The notes beneath the pieces are model-generated. The model did no database searches. It was given only the letters and a program-made list of their open reading frames with translations, and was not told the DNA's origin. A program made the position numbers and the translations under genes. Below are positions 18,357 to 19,358 of a stretch of 19,358 nt of DNA, one piece after another. The DNA is from Zygnema circumcarinatum SAG 698-1b (taxonomy: Eukaryota > Plantae > Zygnematophyceae). The stretch's first letter is position 1. Every line of letters begins with the position of its first letter. Where the stretch lies: NCBI GenBank assembly GCA_037447605.1, contig JBBHKD010000026.1:1-19358 (forward strand), given 5' to 3'.

Positions 18357-19340
18357 TGTTGGAGTCTGGATCTGCTCGCTGCTCCCGGCGCCACCTCGCG
18401 TGTCGCCCTCCATTGGAACTCCGGTTCCCACCGATGAAGACATCTTCACTCTCTCTCGCTCTATCTCACTTCACTCATAGCCCATAACTCCACCGGAATG
18501 AGCAGAGGCAGAGCCGCAGCGAATACTGCAGTATAGGAGAGAAAGCTCCACTTACGGCTCACACAAACTCCTTTATAATAAGAGAATGTAAGCCCACATG
18601 AAGTTCTCCCCCCTCTCACTAGCCGCTTCTCCCTTACTCCACTGCTAGGCACAAGCGGGGCAGCCCGACAGCCACGGCGAGGCCTGAGAATAAGTCACGG
18701 GACTCACGGTAGTCTAATGTGGTTATCCTTCATAACAAAGCTAAACCCTATATACACACGCCATGGCGTGTTCGTGACTGTCTTGCTTGACGCGACCCGT
18801 GTCACGTCACGGCCGCTTCCCTGGATTCGGCGGCAGTGCAGCGTTCAACATCCGGCTTCGCGGTCTTTACGCAAACCTAAGCACCCGACCTAGTCGAGTC
18901 GTCCGTCTGATTCGCCCGCCCATCCCGAACTTGTCTGCGTCCGTTCGGCCTTGAACTTTCCATACGCCCGTCGTACGCGTCCACGCCCGCCCGCCCAGCA
19001 TCATGTTAGATTCAGCAGCGCCCACACACGTACACATTCAGCGCCCGTCGCGTGAAAATCTCCGTCGTCGCATTTGTAGCAGATTCATACTTGTCCGTGT
19101 TGTGACTCGGTCTCCTCCGTAGTTGACCTGCGTCCACGATCCAGCGGACCGCTTACTAAGTGTAGCAGTTCAGCGGAAACATCCACCGACATCCTCGCGC
19201 TTGCGAAAAGCGTCTGGGTACCGACATTGGCCCGACCGTATTTCTAGGAACACTACTACTTGAGATCTCATGTTTTGGCGAGGACCCTATGATGTTAGTG
19301 AACCGTTACAATGTCTAACTATAGCACACTAACACTAACA
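18357..19340 (-). mobile_element. Copia family B solo LTR (984 bp)
   Basis: Minus-strand termini TGTTAG...CCAACA with a perfect 5-bp TSD ACCTT at 18352-18356 and 19341-19345. Confidence 0.96.
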
Positions 19341-19358
19341 ACCTTATCCTTATTTTCT

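Overview
This is eukaryotic, GC- and CpG-rich DNA (green plant or alga-like, by inference) made almost entirely of nested LTR retrotransposons, with four 10-N scaffold gaps (656-665, 5927-5936, 6511-6520, 6836-6845). No host gene, RNA gene or CRISPR array is recognisable. The scaffold is a + strand Ty3/gypsy chromovirus: RT 135-655, integrase plus chromodomain ~12620-13900, 3' LTR from 13929. It is interrupted by several Ty1/copia elements. Family A (3374-11162, minus) is nearly complete, and its RT is split by an opposite-strand copia, family D (5534-7113, TSD CATGC). Also present are a family C 5' LTR/PBS/gag (11163-~12600, minus), a heavily damaged copia pol (666-~2240, minus) and three family B LTRs (1-134, 14121-15112, and 18357-19340 as a solo LTR with TSD ACCTT). 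A TA-flanked MITE lies at 17360-17546. The most notable signal is that these copia families start gag inside the LTR. The LTR 3' end is an open, codon-conserved reading frame that runs through the tRNA-Met PBS, so each LTR carries a TATA-like box, an ATG and 16-30 codons that fuse to whatever lies downstream. At 48-655 this gives an in-frame copia-LTR::gypsy-RT fusion. Several segments look like unpolished long-read sequence, so indel-based conclusions are provisional.
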